Of a stretch of DNA of 64,000 bases, positions 48,222-57,061 are shown in pieces. The notes under the pieces were generated by a model. The model made no database searches. It was not told where the DNA came from and was given only the letters and a program-made list of their open reading frames with translations. The stretch is from Vulcanimicrobiota bacterium. GTDB lineage: Bacteria; Vulcanimicrobiota; Vulcanimicrobiia; Eremiobacterales; Eremiobacteraceae. The position numbers and the translations under genes are program-made. The DNA lies in the NCBI GenBank assembly GCA_963812135.1, contig CAWETU010000001.1:1024001-1088000 (forward strand), given 5' to 3'. How positions within the stretch are numbered: the first letter of the stretch is position 1; each line of letters starts with the position of its first letter.

Positions 48222-49471
48222 GCGCGCTCGGCGCCGTCTTCGCCAAAGCCGATGGCAACGTGTTCGATATGCCTGGGCTGCAAGCGGTGGCAGATGACGG
48301 GCGCATCGCGCCGGCGCTGCCGGCCGATTTCATCCCGCTTCCTGATGGAGCGCTGCTTCTCACGCTGCCCGGCCGCAGCGTCGTCGGCTATCGCGGCGGC
48401 GCGAGCGTCTCGCTCGACTCGTTCGAGGGCGATGACATATCCGCGGTAGCGGCCGCGCTGCCCCTCGGCTACACGCGCACGCTGCTACCCGCCTACGTCG
48501 CGCGGCCGCAAGCGCCGCCGTTGCCGCTGTACGGCTACGCGGCGGTGGCCTGGCGCGACGGCGCGTTTCATGTCGGGGCGATGCGCACGGATCATCTCGA
48601 GAGCTGGTCGCCCGCCTCGCACGCCGACCAGGTTCTGCGCCGCGCGATCAAAGCACGCCGTCAAGAATTCCCCGATAGCCCGTTGCTCGCGCAGCTCGAG
48701 CGCTGCGCGCTCGAGTACGGCTGCTACACCGCGCAGAACGCGTTCTTGCGCCAAGGCGAAGCGGCCATTCCCGTGTCGCCGGCCTGCAACGCGCGCTGCA
48801 TCGGTTGTATCTCCGAACAAGAGCCTGATGCGGGCATCCAGAGCGCGCAAGCGCGGGTGCGGGCAGTGCCGGACGTGCGTGAGATCGCCGCGTTGGCCAT
48901 CGCGCACCTCGAGGGCGCCGACGACGCCATCGTATCGTTCGGACAAGGATGCGAAGGCGAGCCTCTGTTGGCCGCGCCGCGCATCGCGGCGGCGATCAGC
49001 GCCATCCGCGCACGCACCGCGCGCGGCACGATCCATATCAACACGAACGCGAGCCGGCCGCACGCGCTCGAGCAGCTCATCGATGCGGGCCTGCAATCGG
49101 TGCGCGTGAGCCTCAACGCCGTGCGCCCGGCGGCGTACGCCGCCTACTACCGCCCGCGCGGTTACGATTTTGACGACGTCGTCGAAAGCATCCGCATCGC
49201 GGGCGAGCGATGCGCGGCGCTTTCGCTGAACCTGCTCACGCATCCGGGCGTGACGGACGACCCCGATGAGATGGACGCTTTCGAGACGTTGCTTCGCGGC
49301 CATCGGATCGACATGGTCCAGACGCGCACGCTCAACGTCGATCCGGCGGTCTATTTCGCAGCGGTCGGCCGGCCCGCGCGCGAGCCGGTCGGGATACGTC
49401 GTTGGTTCGAGTGGATGCGCGCGACGTTTCCGTCGGTGCGCCTGGGCAACTTCACGCGAGGATTCGGTTAA
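48218..49471 (+). CDS. radical SAM protein of unknown function
   Basis: CNARCIGC (CxxxCxxC), SFGQGCEGEP, NTN, RVSLN; GTGA overlap with dapF. Confidence 0.88.
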
Positions 49472-49474
49472 GCG

Positions 49475-49888
49475 TCAAGTCCGCGCGCGGTTGATCTCCT
49501 GGGCCACCATATTCATGACGATCTCCGTGCCGCTCACCACCGAATCGATGCCGAGCTCCTCAAAGATCTGCTTGTTCTTCGGATTGTTGACGCGCGCGAT
49601 CGTGCGCGGCTTGGCGAAGCGCTTCTTGGTCACCAGGCAGATGACGAGATTGTCCTCATCGTCACCCGTGTCTGCGATCACGACGTCCGCTCGCGTCGCG
49701 CCAGCCTCTTCGAGCACGAGCGGATCGCAGCCGTCACCGACTTGTGCGACTTCCGCATTGAGCGTCTGCGCCAGCGCCTGCGCTTTGCGCTCGATCTTCT
49801 CGATGACGACGACTTCGTGGCGAGCTTCGAGCAGCGCCCGCGCGAGATAGGTGCCGAGCTTACCGCCGCCGACGACGATGATGAACAT
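49475..49888 (-). CDS. TrkA-N (RCK_N) single-domain protein
   Basis: IIVVGGGKLG, VVVIEK, GDG, TGDDEDN, IARVN. Confidence 0.9.
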   Translation of the reverse strand: MFIIVVGGGKLGTYLARALLEARHEVVVIEKIERKAQALAQTLNAEVAQVGDGCDPLVLEEAGATRADVVIADTGDDEDNLVICLVTKKRFAKPRTIARVNNPKNKQIFEELGIDSVVSGTEIVMNMVAQEINRART

Positions 49889-49891
49889 CGG

Positions 49892-50551
49892 CTAGCGCGC
49901 CGCCAATGCGGGAGCGATGAGCTTGCGGAATTCGGGCTCGGCATCAGGCGCGATGATCGCGACGACGCGGTCGCCCGATTGGAGTCGCAGACCGCCGTCT
50001 GGGATCAGGCTCGCATCGCCGCGCACGACGACGCTGACGCGCGTCTTACCTGGCAGCGTCACTTCGTCGACAGTCTGTCCTGCCATGGCATCGGTGATCA
50101 CGAATTCCACGACGTCGACGTCGTGCCGCTCGTAGGGAAGTTTGCGATAGGTCTCTTGCACGAGCGCGTTGACCATCAGGTGCGCGCCGACGGTGGTCGG
50201 ACAGATGGTGAGCACGCCGAAGTCGCGATACATGGCAGCGCGCATCGGATCGTAGATCCGGGCAACGACGGTCTTGACCTTGAAGTGGTGTTTGCCGATC
50301 AGCGCGGCCATGATATTGCGATTGTCGCCTTGCGTGCAGACCGCCATGCCGTCGGCCTGCTCCACCCCGGCGCGGCAGAGCACGTCGACGTCGATGCCGG
50401 TCCCTAAGACCATCTTGCCGGGGAAATCGCGGCCTAAGCGCTTGAACGCGGACGAGTCCACGTCGACGACCGTTATGTCGTGGCCCGCGCGGGCGAGCCG
50501 TTTCGCCAGGGTGGAACCGACACGGCCGCACCCGACGATCAGATATTTCAT
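49892..50551 (-). CDS. TrkA/KtrA family potassium-uptake regulatory subunit (RCK_N + RCK_C)
   Basis: LIVGCGRVG, TQGDNRN, VARIYDP, C-terminal VVRG...IP...LQSGD. Confidence 0.9.
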   Translation of the reverse strand: MKYLIVGCGRVGSTLAKRLARAGHDITVVDVDSSAFKRLGRDFPGKMVLGTGIDVDVLCRAGVEQADGMAVCTQGDNRNIMAALIGKHHFKVKTVVARIYDPMRAAMYRDFGVLTICPTTVGAHLMVNALVQETYRKLPYERHDVDVVEFVITDAMAGQTVDEVTLPGKTRVSVVVRGDASLIPDGGLRLQSGDRVVAIIAPDAEPEFRKLIAPALAAR

Positions 50552-50678
50552 TCTTTTTTTGGAGCGCTCCGATGTATTATCGCGACGGCGTCGTTTCGGG
50601 TCGCGGCCGTGAGCGACCTCCGGCGCGGCCAGGCAAGGAGCGGCTCCGCGGCCGCACGAACGGAGAGCAGTCACACTG

Positions 50679-50753
<75 letters not shown>

Positions 50754-50806
50754 TTCTGTTCAGCCGCGCGCCCGAGCGCGGCACCGCATCTCCCAGGGAC
50801 GCTGAC

Positions 50807-51208
50807 GTGTTTTCACAGTTCAGTCAAGCGGCGCAGGCTGTCGTCCATCTGGCCGAGCAAGAGTGCCGCAACGCGAGCCACTACTATCTCGGCACCGAAC
50901 ACCTGCTGCTCGCGATGGCCATCGCGCCGCCGCCGGACGTGCTTGAGTATTTCCGCACGATCGGCGCGCAGCCGTGGGAGATCAAGGGTGCGTTGCGCGT
51001 CGCGATGGAGCCGCCGAGCGAGCACCCATGGGAGGGGATCATCATCACGCCGAGGGTTCGCCGGCTCTTCGACGAGCTGACGAGCACGCACGTGGGCGAC
51101 GCGCGCATCGAGCCGGTCGACCTGTTGAACGCGATCGTCGCCGACGGCGGCGGCGTCGCCGCACGGGTGCTCGCGGCATGGACGCCGCGCCCAGCGGCGC
51201 GCCGCTAG
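50807..51208 (+). CDS. stand-alone Clp N-terminal (repeat) domain protein
   Basis: MFSQFS..A..V..LA.QE....H.YLGTEHLLLA and TPR; no AAA+ domain. Confidence 0.85.
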   Translation: MFSQFSQAAQAVVHLAEQECRNASHYYLGTEHLLLAMAIAPPPDVLEYFRTIGAQPWEIKGALRVAMEPPSEHPWEGIIITPRVRRLFDELTSTHVGDARIEPVDLLNAIVADGGGVAARVLAAWTPRPAARR

Positions 51209-51212
51209 CGCG

Positions 51213-51842
51213 ATGCACATCCTCGAAACCGTCTCGCATTTCGTCCTCCACCTGATCACCCGCCTCGGCTACGGCGGCCTTTTGGCGGGCATGTTCGGCC
51301 AAGCGGTCGGCGTGCCGCTGCCCAGCGAGCTGATGATGGGCTTCGGCGGATATCTCGCATTCGCGCACAGGTTCAACTTCGCGTTGGTGGTGCTCGTCGG
51401 CGCGGGCGGAGACACATTGGGCGCCGTCGCCGCGTACTGGATCGGCTATTATGGCGGCCGGCCGTTGCTGACGCGCTTCGGGCGTTTCTTCTTCATCGCG
51501 CAGCGCGAGCTCGCCGCGGCGGACGCATGGTTCGCACGCTTCGGCAACCGCGCGGTCCTGGTGTGCAAACTGCTGCCGGGCATCCGCGCGTTCGGGTCAT
51601 ACCCGGCGGGCGTCACCCACATGAATTTCGGCGTGTTCTTGGGTTACACCGCGCTCGGCTCGGTGTTGTTCTGCTCGGTCTTCGCCGCGCTGGGCTACCA
51701 TCTGGGCAAGCACTGGGATTTGATCATCGAGCAGATCAAGCCGATCGGGGCCGCGCTGCTCGTGGCGGTCGCGCTTGCCATCGTCATCTGGCTCGTCGTG
51801 CGCGCGCGCACCGAAAAGGCCAGGGGCTCCACGCCCGCGTAA
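51213..51842 (+). CDS. DedA family membrane protein
   Basis: VPLPSE, YWIGYYGGR, WFARFG, LLPGIR. Confidence 0.9.
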   Translation: MHILETVSHFVLHLITRLGYGGLLAGMFGQAVGVPLPSELMMGFGGYLAFAHRFNFALVVLVGAGGDTLGAVAAYWIGYYGGRPLLTRFGRFFFIAQRELAAADAWFARFGNRAVLVCKLLPGIRAFGSYPAGVTHMNFGVFLGYTALGSVLFCSVFAALGYHLGKHWDLIIEQIKPIGAALLVAVALAIVIWLVVRARTEKARGSTPA

Positions 51843-51857
51843 GACCTCTCCCATCCC

Positions 51858-53762
51858 GTGACTTCATTGCAAGAGCAGCTCGACCGCCTGCCGGCGGAGC
51901 CGGGCGTCTACCAGATGCTCGACGCGGACGGCGTCGTGCTGTACGTGGGCAAGGCGATCGACCTGCGCTCTCGCGTACGCTCGTATTTCCAGCCGGGCCG
52001 CGTCCACCACGTGCGCACCGACGCTTTGGTCGAGCGCGTCGCCGCCATCCGCACGATCATCGTCAAGAGCGAGGCCGAGGCGCTGCTGCTTGAGGCCAAT
52101 CTCATAAAGCAGCACAAGCCACAATTCAACGTCCGCCTCAAGGACGACAAGAAGTACCCGTATCTGAAGGTCACGCTCAACGAGGCGTATCCGCGCGTGA
52201 TCTTCACGCGCAAGCTGGTGGACGACGGCAGCCGCTACTACGGCCCGTACACCAACGCCGCGGTGCTGCGCGATTCGATCAATCTCATCCGGCGCGTCTT
52301 CCCGCTGCGCACGTGCCGGCTCGACGATATCGGCATCAAATATCATCGCCCGTGCCTACAATACCACATCAAGCGCTGCATGGCGCCGTGCGCCGGCTTG
52401 CAGACGCGCGAGGAATACGCGGCGATCGTCACCGAGGTCGTGCTCTTCCTCGAAGGACGCCAGGGCGTGCTGGTCGATAAGCTCGAGCGCCAGATGCTCG
52501 ACGCCGCCGATCACCTCTCGTACGAATACGCGGCGCGGCTGCGCGACCGGATCGCCGAGATCAAACGCGTCATGGCGCGGCAGCAGATCGTATGGCGCAG
52601 CAAGATCGATATGGACCTCGTGGCGGGCGCGCACGGCCAGGGCGTGTCGAGCATGGAAGTGTTCTTCGTGCGCGGCGGCAAGCTGGTCGGGCAAGAGCAT
52701 TTCATCGTCGAGGGGACCGAAGGGCGCTCGCCCGATGAGATCCTGGGCAGTTTTGCGGCGCAATATTACGCGACCGCCCCGAACGTGCCGAAGGAAGTGA
52801 TGCTCGAAGACGCGGTGCCCGAACAGCGCGCGTTGGCCGATGCGCTGTCGTTGCGCCGCGGCAACCGCGTGCGCGTGCTGGTGCCGCGCCGCGGCCAGCG
52901 CTCGGAGTTCATGCAAACGGTGCGCCGCAACGCCGAGCAGCATCTCAAAGAATATCTCACCAAGAGCGCGGTCGCCGACGAGCGCGCGACCGTTGCGTTA
53001 GAAGAGCTCGCGGCGGCGCTCGATCTGCCGGCCGTGCCGCAGCGCATCGAAGCGTTCGATATCTCGCACGTCCAGGGCACGAATGTCGTCGGCTCGATGG
53101 TCGTCTTCGAAGACGGGCGCCCGAAGAAGAGCGACTATCGGCGCTTCAAGATCCAGGGTGCGGAGGCGAACGACGACGTCGCGAACATGGCGCAGATGTT
53201 GCGGCGCCGGCTGCGCTACGTGTCGCCGACGTCGCTCGACGCCGAGCACAAGGGTTCGGTGATCCACAAGCATGACAAGAAGTTCGCGAAGCGTCCGAAC
53301 CTTTTGTTGATCGACGGCGGCCGGCCGCAGCTCAACGCCGCGACCAAGGTGCTCGCGGAGCTCGACCTCGTCGCGGTGCCGGTCGCGGCGCTTGCCAAGC
53401 AATTCGAAGAGCTGTATCTGCCCGACGAACCGGAGCCGGTGCTGCTGCCGCGCAATTCGCCGGCGCTGCACCTGGTGCAACGCATTCGAGACGAGGCGCA
53501 TCGCTTCGCCGTGACGTACCATCGAAAGCTGCGCGGGAAACAGCAGGTGAAGTCGGGGTTGGACGGCCTGCCCGGCGTAGGGCCGGCGCGCAAACGCGCG
53601 TTGGTCCACGCATTTGGCTCTGCGGCAGCGGTCAAGCGAGCGACGGTCGCACAGCTTGCGACAGTGCCGGGGATAAGCCAAGCGCTGGCCGCGACGATCC
53701 TCGATGGACTCAATGGAAGAGATGAAAATCCTGAGAAACCAAATGGCACAAACGAGCAGTAG
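51858..53762 (+). CDS. uvrC: excinuclease ABC subunit C
   Basis: PGVY..LYVGKA, LKDDKKYPY, RIEAFDISH, IDGG, RIRDEAHRFA, HhH repeats. Confidence 0.97.
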   Translation: MTSLQEQLDRLPAEPGVYQMLDADGVVLYVGKAIDLRSRVRSYFQPGRVHHVRTDALVERVAAIRTIIVKSEAEALLLEANLIKQHKPQFNVRLKDDKKYPYLKVTLNEAYPRVIFTRKLVDDGSRYYGPYTNAAVLRDSINLIRRVFPLRTCRLDDIGIKYHRPCLQYHIKRCMAPCAGLQTREEYAAIVTEVVLFLEGRQGVLVDKLERQMLDAADHLSYEYAARLRDRIAEIKRVMARQQIVWRSKIDMDLVAGAHGQGVSSMEVFFVRGGKLVGQEHFIVEGTEGRSPDEILGSFAAQYYATAPNVPKEVMLEDAVPEQRALADALSLRRGNRVRVLVPRRGQRSEFMQTVRRNAEQHLKEYLTKSAVADERATVALEELAAALDLPAVPQRIEAFDISHVQGTNVVGSMVVFEDGRPKKSDYRRFKIQGAEANDDVANMAQMLRRRLRYVSPTSLDAEHKGSVIHKHDKKFAKRPNLLLIDGGRPQLNAATKVLAELDLVAVPVAALAKQFEELYLPDEPEPVLLPRNSPALHLVQRIRDEAHRFAVTYHRKLRGKQQVKSGLDGLPGVGPARKRALVHAFGSAAAVKRATVAQLATVPGISQALAATILDGLNGRDENPEKPNGTNEQ

Positions 53763-53811
53763 GCCCGCGCCGCCGGCACGAAGCGACCGGGCAGAGATGA
53801 GGTTTGGACGA

Positions 53812-54750
53812 ATGAATGGATTGACGCTGCGAGCAGCGCTACTGCTCTCCGCCTGCGCCATCGTGATGGCGGCCTGCACGAGCAACAACGGGGCGCCGCC
53901 GCCGCCGGTGAACGTTCATCAGCGGCTGTTCGTCGCGAATTTCGCCGCCGGCGGCGCGACTTCGAGCCTCGTCGCGTACGTCTTTCCGCTCACCGCCGCA
54001 ATCTCGCCGAACTCGACGTTGCCGAGCGCGCGCGGCCCCAACGGCGCGACCGGCATCACGTTCGATTTCGCAGACGATCTGTACATCGCGAACTCGTCGA
54101 ACAACACCGTCGTCGGCTATATCCCGTTCATCGGCAACAGCTCGAGCCCGAGCCTCACGCTGACCAACGGCATCTCGCAGCCACAGGATATGACCTTCGA
54201 CAACGGTTCGAATCTCTACATCGCGAATTTCAACGGCGGCGCGACCGGTGACGTCACCGTCTACGCTCCGCCCTTCGTCAACTCAAGCTTCCCGCTGTTC
54301 GCGATCAGCAACGGGGTCAACGGACCGACAGGTGTGGTCTCGGATGGCGTAGGCGACGTCTGGGTCACGAATAAGACGGGCCACAACGTCACGGGTTATG
54401 GACTGCCCGCGTCGGCGGCGAGCATACCTTTCGCGACCGTCAGCACCGGTCTGACCGGCCCTGTCGCTTCCGCGTTCGATCTCACCGGCGACATGTACGT
54501 CGTCGACAACACGGCCAACGCGATCGTCGTGTACAAACCGCCGATCACCACGGCCAGCACGCCCTCTTTCTCGATCACGAACGGCATCAACGCGCCGCGT
54601 TACGCGTCCTTCGATCAGGGCGGTTTCCTGTACGTGTCGAACGCGAACAACGTGACCATCTATCAACCGCCGTTCTCAGCGGCCAACGCGCCATTCCTCG
54701 TCATCACGAATGGCCTGAGCACGCCGGTGGGAGTCGCCGTAGGCTTCTAA
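53812..54750 (+). CDS. NHL-repeat/beta-propeller lipoprotein
   Basis: MAAC lipobox; repeated NGI..P....FD...LY.AN...V.VY.PP units. Confidence 0.8.
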   Translation: MNGLTLRAALLLSACAIVMAACTSNNGAPPPPVNVHQRLFVANFAAGGATSSLVAYVFPLTAAISPNSTLPSARGPNGATGITFDFADDLYIANSSNNTVVGYIPFIGNSSSPSLTLTNGISQPQDMTFDNGSNLYIANFNGGATGDVTVYAPPFVNSSFPLFAISNGVNGPTGVVSDGVGDVWVTNKTGHNVTGYGLPASAASIPFATVSTGLTGPVASAFDLTGDMYVVDNTANAIVVYKPPITTASTPSFSITNGINAPRYASFDQGGFLYVSNANNVTIYQPPFSAANAPFLVITNGLSTPVGVAVGF

Positions 54751-54789
54751 GAAGAGGGGGCGCCGCTCTTACGAGGGAACGGGCGGCCC

Positions 54790-55179
54790 ATGCACTTGAT
54801 CGTTCGGTTCATCATCAATGCGTTGGCTGTCCTCGCCATCTCGTACTGGCCGCTTCACGGTCAGCTCATGGGCATCTCCAGCGACGGGTGGAAACCCGCC
54901 CTGATAGCGGCCCTGGTTCTGGGAATTGCCAACGCGATCGTCCGCCCGATCCTCATGCTGCTCACGTGTCCTTTGATCATCTTGACGCTCGGCATCGGCA
55001 CGCTGTTCATCAACGCGCTGATCTTCTATTACGGTCTGCGCTGGATTCCGGGGTTCCACGTACCTGGGTTCTGGGCGGCGTTTTGGGGCGCGATCGTCGT
55101 GACGATCATCTCATGGATTCTCTCGCTGGTCATCCGTGAGCCTGAGGACGACCGGAGGCAGCGCCAGACAACCTCCTAG
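54790..55179 (+). CDS. phage-holin-like (YvlD-type) 4-TM membrane protein
   Basis: ALVLGIANAIVRPIL..LT.P..ILTLG....INA, GFWAAFWGA. Confidence 0.85.
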   Translation: MHLIVRFIINALAVLAISYWPLHGQLMGISSDGWKPALIAALVLGIANAIVRPILMLLTCPLIILTLGIGTLFINALIFYYGLRWIPGFHVPGFWAAFWGAIVVTIISWILSLVIREPEDDRRQRQTTS

Positions 55180-55205
55180 GGGTAGCGGTCGAAGGCGTTT
55201 TAGGG

Positions 55206-55211
55206 TAAAAT
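55206..55211 (+). promoter_or_regulatory. -10 box of the tmRNA promoter
   Basis: TAAAAT in an AT-rich patch 11 nt before the mature tmRNA 5' end. Confidence 0.55.
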
Positions 55212-55222
55212 AAACCGGTCGC

Positions 55223-55575
55223 GGGGGCGTCACGGTCTCGACGGGCTGTGCCCTGGCGAAGGAAGCAAGCGGAGTTCCGAGCTCTCCTTAAACGATCGGA
55301 CAACGTATAAACGCGAATAGCGAATACGCACTAGCAGCCTAATCTAGGCTAGCTACGGCCGCGGGGCAACGGCGCCGGCACGGGCCCGCGGACGTCACAC
55401 AAGACGGCTTACGATTCCGGGTGTCTCGACGGAGTCGGACAATGAATCGGGACTGGCGGCCGCGGTAATCGAGCTCGGAGAGTACGCGGTCGCGAGAAAA
55501 AAACCCGAGCTAAGCTTGTAGATGCCTTCGTGGGGGTCTTCTCGGACACCGGTTCAACTCCGGTCGCCTCCACCA
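55223..55575 (+). ncRNA. ssrA: tmRNA; tag (A)ANSEYALAA at 55313-55342
   Basis: 5' GGGGGCG pairs with 3' CGCCTCC-ACCA (G3:U pair), T-arm CCGG-TTCAACT-CCGG, tag ORF ending YALAA-stop. Confidence 0.95.
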
Positions 55576-55626
55576 GAATTGATCGCGAGCCGGAAAAGCG
55601 CTCGGTAGCGCTAAAGCGTGGCTCGC

Positions 55627-56466
55627 ATGGGCATCGTGCTCGCGTTGGCGGCGGCGCTCGTTTACGGCGCCGCTGATTTCTTTGGCGGTCTTGCGACCAA
55701 GCGCAACGTCGTGTGGGGCGTGGTGTTTGTCTCCGGCGTAACCGGCCTGGCCACCGCGATCGTCGCGCTACCGCTGCTGGGGCTCGGCCCACCGCTTCCG
55801 CGCGATCTCGAGCTCGGCGCGATCATCGGTGTGGTCGGTCTGATCGGCATCGCGGCATTGTATCGCGGTCTGGCGATCGCGCGCATGAGCGTGGTCGCGC
55901 CGATCACCGCGGTCGTCGCCGCATCGGTTCCGATCTTCTACGGCGTAGTGCGCGGCGAGCGCCCGTCGCTGCCGGCGATCATCGGTATTGTGCTTGCGCT
56001 GGGCGCAGTCGCGCTGGTCTCGCGCTCGAGCGATGAAGACGTGGCGGGCGACCCCGAGCCGCAACGCGCAGGCCTGCTGCTCGCGCTGCTCAGCGGCCTG
56101 GGGTTCGGACTCGTCTACGTCCTGCTGGCCGCGAGTTCGCGCGGCGCATGGCCCCTGGTCGCGTCGCGCACCATGTTCGTCATCCTCACCGGGCTCATCG
56201 TGTGGCGCATGCGGCTGCCGACCCTCACCGTCCGCGGCACCACGGGCTTTGCGGTGCTGACCGGCGTGCTCGACATGGGCGCCAACGTGCTCTACTTGCT
56301 CTCGCTGCGCTACACGTTGGTGGCGATCGCCGCCGTGATCGCATCGCTGTATCCTGCGAGCACGGTCATGCTCGCGCGCATCGTCTTGCACGAGCGCTTG
56401 CACTCGGTGCAATGGGCCGGCGTGGCCTGCGCGCTGGCCGGCGTGATATTGATGGCGCGCGGTTAG
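55627..56466 (+). CDS. EamA/DMT family transporter
   Basis: YGAADFFGG, MSVVAP, GERP, ASLYP.STV.LA..VLHERL. Confidence 0.9.
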   Translation: MGIVLALAAALVYGAADFFGGLATKRNVVWGVVFVSGVTGLATAIVALPLLGLGPPLPRDLELGAIIGVVGLIGIAALYRGLAIARMSVVAPITAVVAASVPIFYGVVRGERPSLPAIIGIVLALGAVALVSRSSDEDVAGDPEPQRAGLLLALLSGLGFGLVYVLLAASSRGAWPLVASRTMFVILTGLIVWRMRLPTLTVRGTTGFAVLTGVLDMGANVLYLLSLRYTLVAIAAVIASLYPASTVMLARIVLHERLHSVQWAGVACALAGVILMARG

Positions 56467-56536
56467 AGCAGGCGAGCGCCCGACCGAACGCGCGTTCTTG
56501 CCTTCACGCCGCGGATACGGTACGATAGGCCATGTC

Positions 56537-57061
56537 ATGAGCGGTCCCCGGCGCGCTAAAAGTCTCCTCATCGCTGCCATCACGGTGGCGATGCTCGTGT
56601 CCGCAGCTGGTTGCTCCAAGAAGCCTGCGCAGGTCGTGCAAGCGCCCGGCCACTTCACCGTCGACTTCGTCGACGCGGGCACCGAAACACTGGCGCCGAC
56701 GGAGTATTCGGTCGACCCGAACTTGGACACGAGAGGCCTTGCCGAATATGCCGTCACGCAACTGCTCGCCGGCCCGTCCACCGGCCGCGACGCGGTCGTG
56801 CTTTTCCCAGCCAGCACCGTTCTCAACGTCACGCTAGAGGGTGACACGGCCGTCGTCGACATCAGCGGCCCGCTCGCCACGGCCTACAGCGGCGGCGCTG
56901 ACGACGAATCGGCGATGTTCAAATCGCTGACCTACACGCTCACCAACGTCCCAGGGGTGGCGCGCGTCCAAGTGCTGGTGGGCGGCAAGAAGCGAGCCGC
57001 GCTCTCCGGCGGCCACATGGAGCTCGACGAACCGCTGACCAGGGAGAGTTTCGCGCAGTGA
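56537..57061 (+). CDS. GerMN domain lipoprotein
   Basis: AAGC lipobox; LLAGP, AVVDIS, SL.YTLT..PGV.RVQVLV.G. Confidence 0.85.
   Translation: MSGPRRAKSLLIAAITVAMLVSAAGCSKKPAQVVQAPGHFTVDFVDAGTETLAPTEYSVDPNLDTRGLAEYAVTQLLAGPSTGRDAVVLFPASTVLNVTLEGDTAVVDISGPLATAYSGGADDESAMFKSLTYTLTNVPGVARVQVLVGGKKRAALSGGHMELDEPLTRESFAQ

Noticed and set aside
54790..55620. Prophage or genomic island at the tmRNA or tRNA-Pro (holin-like gene nearby)
   Set aside because: No integrase, phage genes or duplicated 3' end seen; YvlD-type 'holins' are common chromosomal membrane proteins
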